Positions 7,532 to 17,264 of a stretch of 29,570 nt of DNA are shown here, piece by piece. The notes beneath the pieces were generated by a model, which saw nothing but the letters and a program-made list of their open reading frames with translations, did no database searches and had not been told where the DNA came from. This DNA is from a virus. Its lineage: Duplodnaviria > Caudoviricetes. The position numbers and the translations under genes are program-made. The stretch's first letter is position 1, and every line of letters begins with the position of its first letter. The stretch spans positions 1 through 29,570 of IMG/VR virus record IMGVR_UViG_3300037991_002586, one strand, 5' to 3'.

Positions 7532-10500
7532 TTACGTAGATTGTGTTAATGATCCTGTTAGTCCTTTTTTGAAAAATAATAAACGACCAGATGAACTAGA
7601 AGGTAAGTTTGGCTGACCTTGATTAACATAAGTAATAATTATGTCCATAATTGTATCACTGCTACTCATGACATGACTAACATTATACTGAAAGAAAGTT
7701 TCACTATTTGGATTTTTTGCTATTAAGTTCACATCAAAACCTTCGTTAATCATTTGATCAGCAAATTTTCTACCAGCTGGTGCTGTAAGTCTTATTGTTG
7801 CCATTGTTATAGCTGTTGAGTGCGAAATACCACCACTACCAAAATCAAGTACTCTAGTTTTACTTCCTCCTGACGTAACAACACCTGTGTCTGATAATAA
7901 TCCACCACTCATTGTTGATCCGTTAGTATAGCTAGTAAAAGACGGTAAGTCTTCGCCACTAGTATCGTACAAGTTAAGCGTAGTTTCTAATCCGTATGAA
8001 GCAGGGTCTGACAATATAAAACTATCGTTAGCTATATCTAGCTCATATTTTAATATAGCGCTTAAAGAGCCTGTGTTTCCTAATAATATTGTTGCTTTAA
8101 CATTGTTAGAAGGATCACCACCAATAACCGTATCAGAAAACGTTACACTTGTTAAAGGCCTGTCTCCTGCTGTAGAGTTTAAAGCTATACCGTTAGTTCC
8201 ATGAGTAAAAGTTGTTCCACTAGAAGCGTCTGCTATACTTCCTGCGCTACCACCTCTTATATAAAAGTCTGCCGCAGAAATACTAAATCCAGGAACTGGC
8301 TTTAATAGTATATCAAAAGAATCAGGATTTAAAGTCTGTGTTGGGCTTAAACTAACAGTTCCACTAGGATTTGATATGCTTTGAACACCAGAGATACTTA
8401 CAGTTTCACTAACGTTGTAAATGTTAGGGTTTGGTGCATCGTTTAAAAACCCAGTTGTCTCTGCTGTTATAGTAAAAAAACTTCCTGGTGTTACACCGCC
8501 AGCAAAGCTACTAGATGCTATTCTTGCTATACCTTGCACAGAAAACTCTCTGGAATCTACATTGCCAGAAGCAGAAGTATCATTAATTGAGTTTGTAAAT
8601 GTAGTTTCAACTCCTTTTATATAGTTAAACCATTTGTTTTCTTTTTCTATAAACTCAGGCACTTTTCCGCTTTGTAAGTTTGTTTCTAGCGAAGATGCAA
8701 ACCAACCTTTAACAGCACTGTTATTGTAGAACTGGCCATCTGCCGCCACGCTACTAAAGCTGCCTGTATGTTGTTTTTGTTCTACAATTTTAGATTGACT
8801 ACCTTCGTAAGCTATCGTTTGAAAAGATTTAACAGAAGAAGGCATGTCGTTAAATATTGTAGTAACAGTAGAGTTATAAAAATGACCTGCAAATTCTACA
8901 ACTACATCAGTGTTGCTACTAGTAGCGTTAGCAGACATTGTAACAGTAGTACCGCTAATAGTTAAAACTGTAGTTCCGGTTGGAACAAAATTATTGCCAG
9001 AGCTATTAACAAAGTTTATAGTATCTCCTACAGCTATATCTAAGCTAGCGCTAGGTAAAGTTAAAGTAGCTGATCCACTAGAAACAGAACAATGATCTAT
9101 TTGTATTGGATAAAATGTGTTTCTTTTAGAAGATAAATGCTCATACACTATACCTTTTTTAAATGTATAATAAATGCCATCTAACGTTTGACCATGTTCA
9201 GGCACATAAGATTTAAAGCTTACCCAACCTTTCTGCCCTTCATCAAAAGATAATGTTTCTACTTTTTTACTACCAGCATCTACGTCTGTGTGTATACACA
9301 AGTCATACTCACCTCTTCTACCATTAAAAGATCCTATGGCTGCAATACAGTTTGTTAGATTATCTCTAAAGTAATCTTTCATGCCATTTTCAGATATTGG
9401 TGTTAAACCGTCTTTAGATAATCTTAGTACGGCGCCTCTAGCTTTGTCTACAAAATAACATCTAAATTCATCTGCGGCAAAAGACTCAGGATTTTTTGAT
9501 ATACCATAATCTCCAGAAAAAGGCACAGCAGTACCAAGCACAGCTTTATTGTTTGAAACGTTAGAATTACCATCTGCATTAAACAATAAGTTTTTGTTAG
9601 ATAATATTTTTAAAACTTTATCTTCACATAAAGTTAATATATCTGTATCTCTAGAATACAGCTTTTGAATACTACCATGTACAGGATTTAAATCTTTAGT
9701 TATAGGCTCAGCTATTAAAAATTGATTAAGATTATTTAATCTACTATTAGTATTATATATTTCAGAAAATATTAAGCCATGTTGTCTATTTTCTTTTCCA
9801 TAGCTAGGTAAAGTTGTAGAAACTTTAGGGCCGTTACCTATTTGATCTTGATTAAAGTCATCTCTTATTCTATCTGACTCTACACCATTACCAAAAGAAA
9901 AACAATTGTGCCAAGGTAAATAAGCACCGCCAAATATTTTGTTACTAGAAGATGTTCTGTGCGTAAACTTAGTTACGTTTATAGTTGTTACAGCTCCTGT
10001 TCCATAAGACCCAGCAACACCTTCACCAGCAGCAGCACCACCAAACATAACTTCAAGAAACACTCTACTACCGTCATCTCTTACAAAGTGAAGTCTTGCT
10101 ATTACAGCATTAGACTGAAATTTTGCGCCTGCAGTTAAACCAGTAGCTGTTTTAAAAGTTAAAGCCACTTGATCGTTTACAGCATCAAAGCTAGCACCAG
10201 CTAAATATATTTTATCAGTTGTGTTTGTTTGAGTACCACCACCATCGTCTTTAGTCTTTTGCATGTCTGTAAAGTTAGTGGTAGAAGTAGCATCTTCAAA
10301 CAAGACCTCATCTCCTATGTTAAAAAACGTAAACAAATTATCATTATTTAACTCTATAGGATATGATTGACCTACTTCATGGAATATTTCTACTTCCCTG
10401 TCAGGGTCTGGTATTGTTTCAAAAACAGCAGGATTAGTGCTAGCAGTTGTGTTTTGATTGTTACCTAGCGCAGTGCCAGCTCCAGTTAAAAGACCACTGT

Positions 10501-13252
10501 GTTTCTGTACTCTTACAAAAAATCTACCTTGCTTGTCTTCATCACTTAAGCCAGATGAGGCCAGCTGATCTGGCATGTCACTAGTTATTTCTAGTATTTT
10601 TATTTTAGCTTGATTACTATTATAAGTTATAGCCGTGTTACTGCCGTGTGTTTTTTTAATTCTTAAAAAATCTCCAACTTTAACTTTATTTACATCACTA
10701 GAGTTAAATAACAACCATATATAGTTTGTACTTCCTAAAGCTAAGTTGCTAGGTGTAAAAGATCTGTATAAAGCTAAGTTGTAATATTCATTAGAAGTTT
10801 CTTTAATGTAATATTTATAATGAGTTGCAAACGAAGGAGCGTTATGCTCGTGAGTTACAAATATTTTTCTATATCTGTCACATTGATTTTGATCACTATT
10901 AAAAGAAGAATCATCGTCTATTAACACTGGAGTTTCTCTGCCAAAAGCGTCTTTATAAACTAATCCTAGTTGGTAAGTTCTATCAGACTTAACAGACTGT
11001 GCGGCTACACCTTGGGTAACATCTTTCCAGTCTCTTAAATTACCTTTAAGCTTTGGATTAACACTGTTATTAGATCCATCTAATAAATTATAGCTTTGAG
11101 TGTAGTTAGCATATATTAATCTTTGAGCTGAAAAGGCTTGTGCTTTAGCTGTTGTAGGAACAGCGTCCCATAATCTCAGAGACTGATTACTTGGTATAGT
11201 TGATCCAAATGTTTCTTTATTTATAGTTATAGAACCTTTATTTGTAGTTGTACTAAATATATCGCTACTAGTGTCCATGCTGCTAGCTAATACAGTTACT
11301 CCACCAGGTGTAAGTGTTGAATCATCTTCTAAAGCCCAAGTAGATGAAGTTCCTAAAACACTTGGGCTACCTACTGAGCCTTCTTCGATCCACTCTTGAT
11401 CACACAATAAGTCAATATTACTACCATTAACAGTCTTTGTAATACTAGCTCCATTGTCAAACTTTAAATTATTAGCAAAACCTTTTACAGTTTTAACATA
11501 AAAAATATTTGTAGAGTTTTCTTTTTTCATTAACAAATCTACTTCTATAACATCTGTTGGCGTATAAGTAGATCTAAAATTTTTCAAAGTATAACTACCT
11601 AACTGATTAACCATACCAGTGTTAAAGCCGTCTCCAGTTCCAGCATCAAATCCATATACAGCAGGTAAAAAAACTGGATTAGTATAAGGTGATATAGGAC
11701 TAAGCTCTCCGTCTGTAAACCTATATCTATATGCAAATCTTACAAACTCATCTGAATGAAATCCTTCTAAATTTTTTACAGCAACTTGAAATGTTTGGCT
11801 AGCAATGTTTCCACTAACACTATCTATAACTAGTTTAAAAGAAGTTACGCTAGGCGAAGTTCCAACAACGCTTATAATAGTTCCATCTATAATGTCTGAA
11901 GCATCGGTGTTACCAGTCATTGTTATACTATCGCCAACCTCAAAAGATTGTCCTGAAGAAAAAGATACAACTATCTCATCACCTACAGCGTCAGTGCTAC
12001 TATAGTCTGCGCTTGTAGATGTTACAGTACTAATACCAAATCTGTCTTGAGTATCTAACGTTACAGACAAAGGTAGTATTGGCGCTTTTTTAATTACTGT
12101 TATATGATGTAGTTGAGCAGTTCCTCCTCTAGCAAAGTCTGAACCTACAGAATATCCAAACTTATTAATAGGTATCATAATTTCAGTAGTATTATGTATA
12201 CCACCTACTGTTTCGTTGTTTTGATTTTCATAAAAAGAAGTTCCTCTTATACCTCTAGTTATATTAATTTTTTTAGGTTCATTTCTACCGTCAGTAAAAA
12301 ACAGCATATCATCTATAACGTCTATTGCAGTTATCATAGATGTTGGGTCGTTGCAAACTCTAGTGTTTCCAGCCGTGTCTAAATAAGTGTGAGACGCTCC
12401 TGACTCAAAGTTTAATAGTCTTTCTTTTTTATAAAATTTTAGTACAGCTCCATCGTTTATTTGAGTACTAGAAACTAATAAGTTTTGATTAAAATATACT
12501 TTTACTTTAGCATCGTCACTAGTTCCGTTAACTATTTCTATTTTAGTAACAAAAGTATTGCTTGGCTCCCAACTAGCCACTGACTGATATTCGCTTGTAG
12601 CGTTTAAATTAGCATTGTCGCCTGAGCTAGGCTGCACTAAATCTACGTTCATGCCGACTTCTAATCCATTTCTACGTATAGCACTTCCGTTACCACCTTC
12701 ATAATACGCCTGACCACTGAACGCAGCTTCAGGTTTTATTCTAACTTCATAAGCGTCAGTAAAAACAACTCTAGTATTTCTACCACCAATTATGTGACGT
12801 TCTTGAGGCATTGTTTGTAGTATACAGTCAGATCTAACTCCTTCGTAATAATAGTAATCAACACCACCGTCTGTTATTTTATTTTGAGTAAAGCCTGAAG
12901 CGTGCTTTACAAGACTGTATATAGCATTAGTTTGCTCGTCTAAATAGCTACCTACAACTTCTGCAGGATCTTCTACAAATATGTTGCTTGAAGATAATAT
13001 ACCTTGATTTAAAGAATAACTACTAATATATTTTGGTCTACCGTTTGAAGGAGTAATCCATTGAGGTTTTGGAAAAGTATTTTTATCTAATATAGAATTA
13101 CCTAGTATATTGGAGACAGTACCAGCGTCATCTTCTTCTGATGTAGATACTTTTATATTAAGAGCATCTCTGTACTCGCCAGATGGAACTAACCTTTCGT
13201 CAAGGTCTTTGTTCATCTTGCCTTTCGTAAAGTCGTTAGTTAAAATAGGCAT
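7532..13252 (-). CDS. Tail nozzle/stabilization (muzzle-like) protein with inserted beta domains (1906 aa)
   Basis: N-terminal GKMNKDLDERLVPSGEYRDALNI, LFFTDGRNEPKKINI, FAYRYRFTDGELSPISPY and YGISKNPESFA...YFVDKARGAVLRLS resemble crAss-like / P22 gp10-like tail proteins. Position after the ring proteins fits. Confidence 0.75.
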   Translation of the reverse strand: MPILTNDFTKGKMNKDLDERLVPSGEYRDALNIKVSTSEEDDAGTVSNILGNSILDKNTFPKPQWITPSNGRPKYISSYSLNQGILSSSNIFVEDPAEVVGSYLDEQTNAIYSLVKHASGFTQNKITDGGVDYYYYEGVRSDCILQTMPQERHIIGGRNTRVVFTDAYEVRIKPEAAFSGQAYYEGGNGSAIRRNGLEVGMNVDLVQPSSGDNANLNATSEYQSVASWEPSNTFVTKIEIVNGTSDDAKVKVYFNQNLLVSSTQINDGAVLKFYKKERLLNFESGASHTYLDTAGNTRVCNDPTSMITAIDVIDDMLFFTDGRNEPKKINITRGIRGTSFYENQNNETVGGIHNTTEIMIPINKFGYSVGSDFARGGTAQLHHITVIKKAPILPLSVTLDTQDRFGISTVTSTSADYSSTDAVGDEIVVSFSSGQSFEVGDSITMTGNTDASDIIDGTIISVVGTSPSVTSFKLVIDSVSGNIASQTFQVAVKNLEGFHSDEFVRFAYRYRFTDGELSPISPYTNPVFLPAVYGFDAGTGDGFNTGMVNQLGSYTLKNFRSTYTPTDVIEVDLLMKKENSTNIFYVKTVKGFANNLKFDNGASITKTVNGSNIDLLCDQEWIEEGSVGSPSVLGTSSTWALEDDSTLTPGGVTVLASSMDTSSDIFSTTTNKGSITINKETFGSTIPSNQSLRLWDAVPTTAKAQAFSAQRLIYANYTQSYNLLDGSNNSVNPKLKGNLRDWKDVTQGVAAQSVKSDRTYQLGLVYKDAFGRETPVLIDDDSSFNSDQNQCDRYRKIFVTHEHNAPSFATHYKYYIKETSNEYYNLALYRSFTPSNLALGSTNYIWLLFNSSDVNKVKVGDFLRIKKTHGSNTAITYNSNQAKIKILEITSDMPDQLASSGLSDEDKQGRFFVRVQKHSGLLTGAGTALGNNQNTTASTNPAVFETIPDPDREVEIFHEVGQSYPIELNNDNLFTFFNIGDEVLFEDATSTTNFTDMQKTKDDGGGTQTNTTDKIYLAGASFDAVNDQVALTFKTATGLTAGAKFQSNAVIARLHFVRDDGSRVFLEVMFGGAAAGEGVAGSYGTGAVTTINVTKFTHRTSSSNKIFGGAYLPWHNCFSFGNGVESDRIRDDFNQDQIGNGPKVSTTLPSYGKENRQHGLIFSEIYNTNSRLNNLNQFLIAEPITKDLNPVHGSIQKLYSRDTDILTLCEDKVLKILSNKNLLFNADGNSNVSNNKAVLGTAVPFSGDYGISKNPESFAADEFRCYFVDKARGAVLRLSKDGLTPISENGMKDYFRDNLTNCIAAIGSFNGRRGEYDLCIHTDVDAGSKKVETLSFDEGQKGWVSFKSYVPEHGQTLDGIYYTFKKGIVYEHLSSKRNTFYPIQIDHCSVSSGSATLTLPSASLDIAVGDTINFVNSSGNNFVPTGTTVLTISGTTVTMSANATSSNTDVVVEFAGHFYNSTVTTIFNDMPSSVKSFQTIAYEGSQSKIVEQKQHTGSFSSVAADGQFYNNSAVKGWFASSLETNLQSGKVPEFIEKENKWFNYIKGVETTFTNSINDTSASGNVDSREFSVQGIARIASSSFAGGVTPGSFFTITAETTGFLNDAPNPNIYNVSETVSISGVQSISNPSGTVSLSPTQTLNPDSFDILLKPVPGFSISAADFYIRGGSAGSIADASSGTTFTHGTNGIALNSTAGDRPLTSVTFSDTVIGGDPSNNVKATILLGNTGSLSAILKYELDIANDSFILSDPASYGLETTLNLYDTSGEDLPSFTSYTNGSTMSGGLLSDTGVVTSGGSKTRVLDFGSGGISHSTAITMATIRLTAPAGRKFADQMINEGFDVNLIAKNPNSETFFQYNVSHVMSSSDTIMDIIITYVNQGQPNLPSSSSGRLLFFKKGLTGSLTQST

Positions 13253-13254
13253 GT

Positions 13255-14115
13255 TTAATGTTTAATTTGCTTAGACTTACCTCTCATTATCTGAGCGATC
13301 TCTTCCGTCTTAATATTAGATAATCTTAGTTTAGCTTTTCGTTTAGCAGCAAAAGACTCTTTTTTAAATCTTTGTATTATGTATTCTGGCGTAGCTGCTT
13401 TTGTAGATAATATAGAGTGAGCTATACTTTTGTAAACAGCATCTTCAGCTAGCTTGTTAACATGCATATCATCATCGCTACCCATGCCGTCAGATATATA
13501 TTTTATAGTAACTACTCTACCAGCTAAAGCTGATGTAAAGTGTATTAGTCCTTGATTATAGTTTATATACCAAGATCCATTAATTTGTGCGTGCTGAGGA
13601 TCTATACCAAACCTAGCACCTTGAGTGTGTGCGTAAGGGTTATCATCATCATAATCATAATAGTTTTCAGCTATAGCGTTAGGCGTATGAGCTTTATATC
13701 TATCCCAAGTGGTAGGATCATTTGTTATAGCTGCAGAGCTTAAATCATTATTAAATCTTTGAGGGTGTGAAGTGACTCTTGCCGGATATATAACGTGCTC
13801 AACACCTGCGTCATCAGTATAAGTTAACTTAACGTAGTTAACATAGTCTTGTGGTAAAGGTTGAGTTAAAGTGTTTGGCACTACTATTTCTAGTGCTTTT
13901 TCAGAAACAAATATATCAAAGTTAAATTCTGATATAACTCTTTTTGCATGAAGCCCAATGTCAGCTCTACGCATTTTTTGTATTAGCTTATCTTCACCTA
14001 CATACATTAGCATAAACTGATCTATTAAGTCAGGTAGCTTTACGAACCTATACTTACCAAACTCAGTAGAGTCTGCATAATATTGAGCTGTTGTTTGTGA
14101 TAATAGATCTGCCAT
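13255..14115 (-). CDS. Neck/ring (tail tubular, head-tail adaptor) protein (286 aa)
   Basis: LPQDYVNYVKL motif and position between the capsid module and the nozzle gene. Confidence 0.65.
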   Translation of the reverse strand: MADLLSQTTAQYYADSTEFGKYRFVKLPDLIDQFMLMYVGEDKLIQKMRRADIGLHAKRVISEFNFDIFVSEKALEIVVPNTLTQPLPQDYVNYVKLTYTDDAGVEHVIYPARVTSHPQRFNNDLSSAAITNDPTTWDRYKAHTPNAIAENYYDYDDDNPYAHTQGARFGIDPQHAQINGSWYINYNQGLIHFTSALAGRVVTIKYISDGMGSDDDMHVNKLAEDAVYKSIAHSILSTKAATPEYIIQRFKKESFAAKRKAKLRLSNIKTEEIAQIMRGKSKQIKH

Positions 14116-14118
14116 TTA

Positions 14119-14850
14119 TTATTCTGCTTGTGGTAGTTGTTTACTCTTAGCAGAAGCTATTTCTACAATACCTGGTTTATTAACTATTATTCCTGATAAC
14201 TCTAGTATCTTGTAAACTAAATTAGTTTCTTCAGAAGCGTGTAACTCAAAGTTAGTAGTTACTGAAGTACTAGAGTCATGTAACGGTTGTTCATTACCAC
14301 CACTAGATGTAGGTACTAAAACATAACCCCATTTAGGAGTAGTAGGCTTAGTTATAATATTACACGTAACACCACTAGTTATAGTAGTAGGGTATACTTG
14401 TATTTGTGTAGCAGAAGTATTTATGTAAACAGGGTAGTTAACATCAGGCGTAGCTAATGGAGCATTTTGATATAAGTAAGCTTCACTTTGCGATACTCTA
14501 TCTATTAAAGTATACCTACCACTGTTGTTGTAGTATAGCTCACCTAGTTTGTGGTGAGTAGGTAAAGTACCAACACCACCAGAGCCCATACTTACATCTT
14601 GATTAAAATCTTCAAATACAGCTATTTTCTCTTCTAACGCATCAAGACCATCGCCGTATATACTTGAGTTTCTACCTTGAACAGAGCCTACAGCTCTTAA
14701 CTGTTCTAGTTCATCAAAGTAGTCTTCAAATATTTCTATTTGAGCTTGCTCAGCTAGCAAGTTAAATTCTAACGGGTTTATATATCCTCGTTGCTCTTTG
14801 TTTATTATTGCTAATACCTTTTGGTATACTGAATCTATACTTACCGCCAT
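14119..14850 (-). CDS. Neck/ring (head-tail adaptor) protein (243 aa)
   Basis: VYQKVLAIINKEQRGYINPLEFNLLAEQAQIEIF and P-x-x-PKW-type motifs recall crAss-like ring proteins. Synteny supports the call. Confidence 0.65.
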   Translation of the reverse strand: MAVSIDSVYQKVLAIINKEQRGYINPLEFNLLAEQAQIEIFEDYFDELEQLRAVGSVQGRNSSIYGDGLDALEEKIAVFEDFNQDVSMGSGGVGTLPTHHKLGELYYNNSGRYTLIDRVSQSEAYLYQNAPLATPDVNYPVYINTSATQIQVYPTTITSGVTCNIITKPTTPKWGYVLVPTSSGGNEQPLHDSSTSVTTNFELHASEETNLVYKILELSGIIVNKPGIVEIASAKSKQLPQAE

Positions 14851-14868
14851 GTTTTATTTTTTATAGTT

Positions 14869-14896
14869 AAGCAACCACCCCGTAGAGTGGCTGCTC
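14869..14896 (-). promoter_or_regulatory. Intergenic RNA hairpin with C(UACG)G tetraloop
   Basis: Minus strand GAGCAGCCACTC-TACG-GGGTGGTTGCTT forms a 12-bp stem with three G-U pairs. No U-tract follows. Confidence 0.65.
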
Positions 14897-14908
14897 TACT
14901 ATAGTGGT

Positions 14909-15634
14909 TTATTTAATTTTTTTCTCAATAGTTTTGAGAACTTCTAATCCTTCGTCAGTTTTAAACCAAGCGGATAAAGCTGAGTAAGGTTCTTCTTCAA
15001 AAGGAACAGTCATTAGTTTTCTACCGTTGCTACCCCATTTAAAATGTCTTTTGTCTTCAGATAATTTAATCACACCTAAAGACTCTGCTTTTAGAGCCAT
15101 ATCTTTTAAAGAAACATCTTCATCTTCACATAGCTTCAAAAACTCAATAGGATTATTTTTAGCGTAAAGCAAAGCATCTCTTCTTAGCTCGTCTGAACTC
15201 ATTTTATCTACCGCGACACCTTTGTTAACCCTCATTATAGCGCTAACTTTATCTAAACTTAAACTTTTACAAGCGGTCATAGCCTCTAGCTCTAGCTCTA
15301 ACCAATCAGCATGGTTTTTAGCTTCAGCTTCGTCATTAATCTCTTCGTAAAGTTTATCTCTATGAGGGTGGTATAACGATAAAAATTGCTGAAGCATAAC
15401 TTTATTTTTTGGAACAGATAAAAATCCGTCTCTAAAAGTTATATGCTCCATTCTAATATTACCTTGCATTTCATCAACAAAAGCTGTTTTTTGATTAGGC
15501 GAATATTGCACTATTCTTTCATAGCCTTTTTCTTTATCAAAAAAATATAATCCTCTACTTTTTATAGTGTAACTCAAAGGTGTTTGATTACCTTTAAGTG
15601 CGTACACTCTATCTTTTATTTCCCAGTTTTTCAT
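14909..15634 (-). CDS. Conserved phage protein downstream of the major capsid protein (241 aa), function unknown
   Basis: Clean ORF with AT-rich start context, located between the capsid and ring genes. Confidence 0.75.
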   Translation of the reverse strand: MKNWEIKDRVYALKGNQTPLSYTIKSRGLYFFDKEKGYERIVQYSPNQKTAFVDEMQGNIRMEHITFRDGFLSVPKNKVMLQQFLSLYHPHRDKLYEEINDEAEAKNHADWLELELEAMTACKSLSLDKVSAIMRVNKGVAVDKMSSDELRRDALLYAKNNPIEFLKLCEDEDVSLKDMALKAESLGVIKLSEDKRHFKWGSNGRKLMTVPFEEEPYSALSAWFKTDEGLEVLKTIEKKIK

Positions 15635-15657
15635 AATATAATATAATTTTAAAAATT

Positions 15658-15691
15658 AAAAAAAAGAGGAGAGAGAATATCCCTCCTCTTT
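15658..15691 (-). terminator. Rho-independent terminator after the major capsid gene
   Basis: Minus strand AGAGGAGGGA-TATTC-TCTCTCCTCT (10-bp stem, one G-U) followed by a run of T, starting about 15 nt after the MCP stop. Confidence 0.8.
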
Positions 15692-15704
15692 AATTAGTTA
15701 ATGA

Positions 15705-17237
15705 TTAAGAGTAGTTTGCCTCTCCAGTCATCATTAAGAAGTTATTTGCACCTTGTACAACTAAACATCTTTCAGACAGATAGTGCATCTCCATAGCATC
15801 AAGATCCTTAGTAGCAGCTCCAACAGAACCAGTAGTCCAAGTCTTGAATCTACGATCTTCCATTTGAGAAGCTCTATAACGTACGTGTAAGAACGGACGC
15901 TTAAGGTTTCTACCTAACTGCTCATCGTATACAGATGTTACACCGGCTGGTATAAACAAACCACGTACATGATTAACAACATCTTTAATACCACCACGAG
16001 TAGACTGATCGTTAAGATACTTCATGTCAGTTTTGTAGAAGTCGTATGAACCTCTTCGGAAACCAGAGAATCCTAAATTAAGAGCCATGTTCTCGTCGTT
16101 TTCAAATACACCATAAGATGTACCTGCAGATCCAGACTTATACTGACCAGCTAAAGTGTCATCAATAGCGAAAGCTAAATCTCTATTGCAGAATATCATG
16201 TATTCTTCTATAGCTCCTTGCTTGTCAAAAGTCTTACAAATTAAGTCAAAATCACTTAAACCTACAGCTGCAGTAAACTGAGCATCATCCTTGTGTAAAC
16301 CGTCAAACTTATTACCTCTCGTGCTTATAGCTTCAAGTAAACCTTCAGTACCAACTATGTTGTCAGATCTGTGACCGTTAAACGCTGTTACTGTTGTTTT
16401 TTCAGCTTCTATCATAGTCATCTCTAAGTAATCTGCAAAACGTACACGCGTGTCACCTTCTGATTTTAAGTACCATAAGTAACCTGATTGTCCGCCTTCA
16501 CCAGAAACTTCAACCCAACCGATTTGAGAAGCATCAGATCCAGAGATCTCATACTTGTCTTTAATAATCATTGGTCGATTAGTAAACGACTTAAACTGAG
16601 GTTGTATAGCCGCAGCTCTACCTTCAGTACCTTTACCGTAAGATGAACCAAATACGAATAATGAACCTGTAACGTCACTGTTTGAGAAAGTAACATCAGC
16701 TAAGCCAGTACCGTCGTCTGTCAAGCAGTTAATAGTATATCTAGCTACAAATACACCAGAAGATGAAACTTGTACTGGAGTAAGAGCTGCAGTAACATAA
16801 CCTTTAACAGTTCCGTCACCATCAGATAATACTACTAAATCACCTAATCTAATAGCCATGTTTGCTGTAGCTGCAGCAGCAGTAGCGCCTGTAACAGCGT
16901 TACCGTCTACGTCAGTAATAGCAGAGAAAGTATATACCGCTCCAGTCTCTCTTTTAACGTTACCGTAATAAGAAAGGTGTAATCTACCTTGCTCAGACCA
17001 AATAACTTGATCAGATGTCATTGGCATTTCCGCGCCAACCATTTCTAAGAAACCTCCAATTGTTCTATTACCAAAGACCTCGGCTTCTTGTTCAATAAGG
17101 TCTGGTAAGTATTGTTGTGCCCAGCCAGCTGTGTCGCTACTCGTAAAGTCGATATAGTTTGTTGCTAACGTCATTGGCTTTGCCGAAGGTACGCTATTTA
17201 AGCTACCACCTTCAGTAATTGTTCCAACTAATGCCAT
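15705..17237 (-). CDS. Major capsid protein (510 aa)
   Basis: Follows portal and scaffold and is followed by a terminator. Motifs QYLPDL, WSEQGRLH, GTEGLLEAI, LGFSGFRRGSYDFYK and HYLSERCLVVQGANNF resemble Bacteroidota podophage capsid proteins. Confidence 0.85.
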   Translation of the reverse strand: MALVGTITEGGSLNSVPSAKPMTLATNYIDFTSSDTAGWAQQYLPDLIEQEAEVFGNRTIGGFLEMVGAEMPMTSDQVIWSEQGRLHLSYYGNVKRETGAVYTFSAITDVDGNAVTGATAAAATANMAIRLGDLVVLSDGDGTVKGYVTAALTPVQVSSSGVFVARYTINCLTDDGTGLADVTFSNSDVTGSLFVFGSSYGKGTEGRAAAIQPQFKSFTNRPMIIKDKYEISGSDASQIGWVEVSGEGGQSGYLWYLKSEGDTRVRFADYLEMTMIEAEKTTVTAFNGHRSDNIVGTEGLLEAISTRGNKFDGLHKDDAQFTAAVGLSDFDLICKTFDKQGAIEEYMIFCNRDLAFAIDDTLAGQYKSGSAGTSYGVFENDENMALNLGFSGFRRGSYDFYKTDMKYLNDQSTRGGIKDVVNHVRGLFIPAGVTSVYDEQLGRNLKRPFLHVRYRASQMEDRRFKTWTTGSVGAATKDLDAMEMHYLSERCLVVQGANNFLMMTGEANYS

Positions 17238-17264
17238 TTTTTATAATTTTAAATGGGTTAATAA

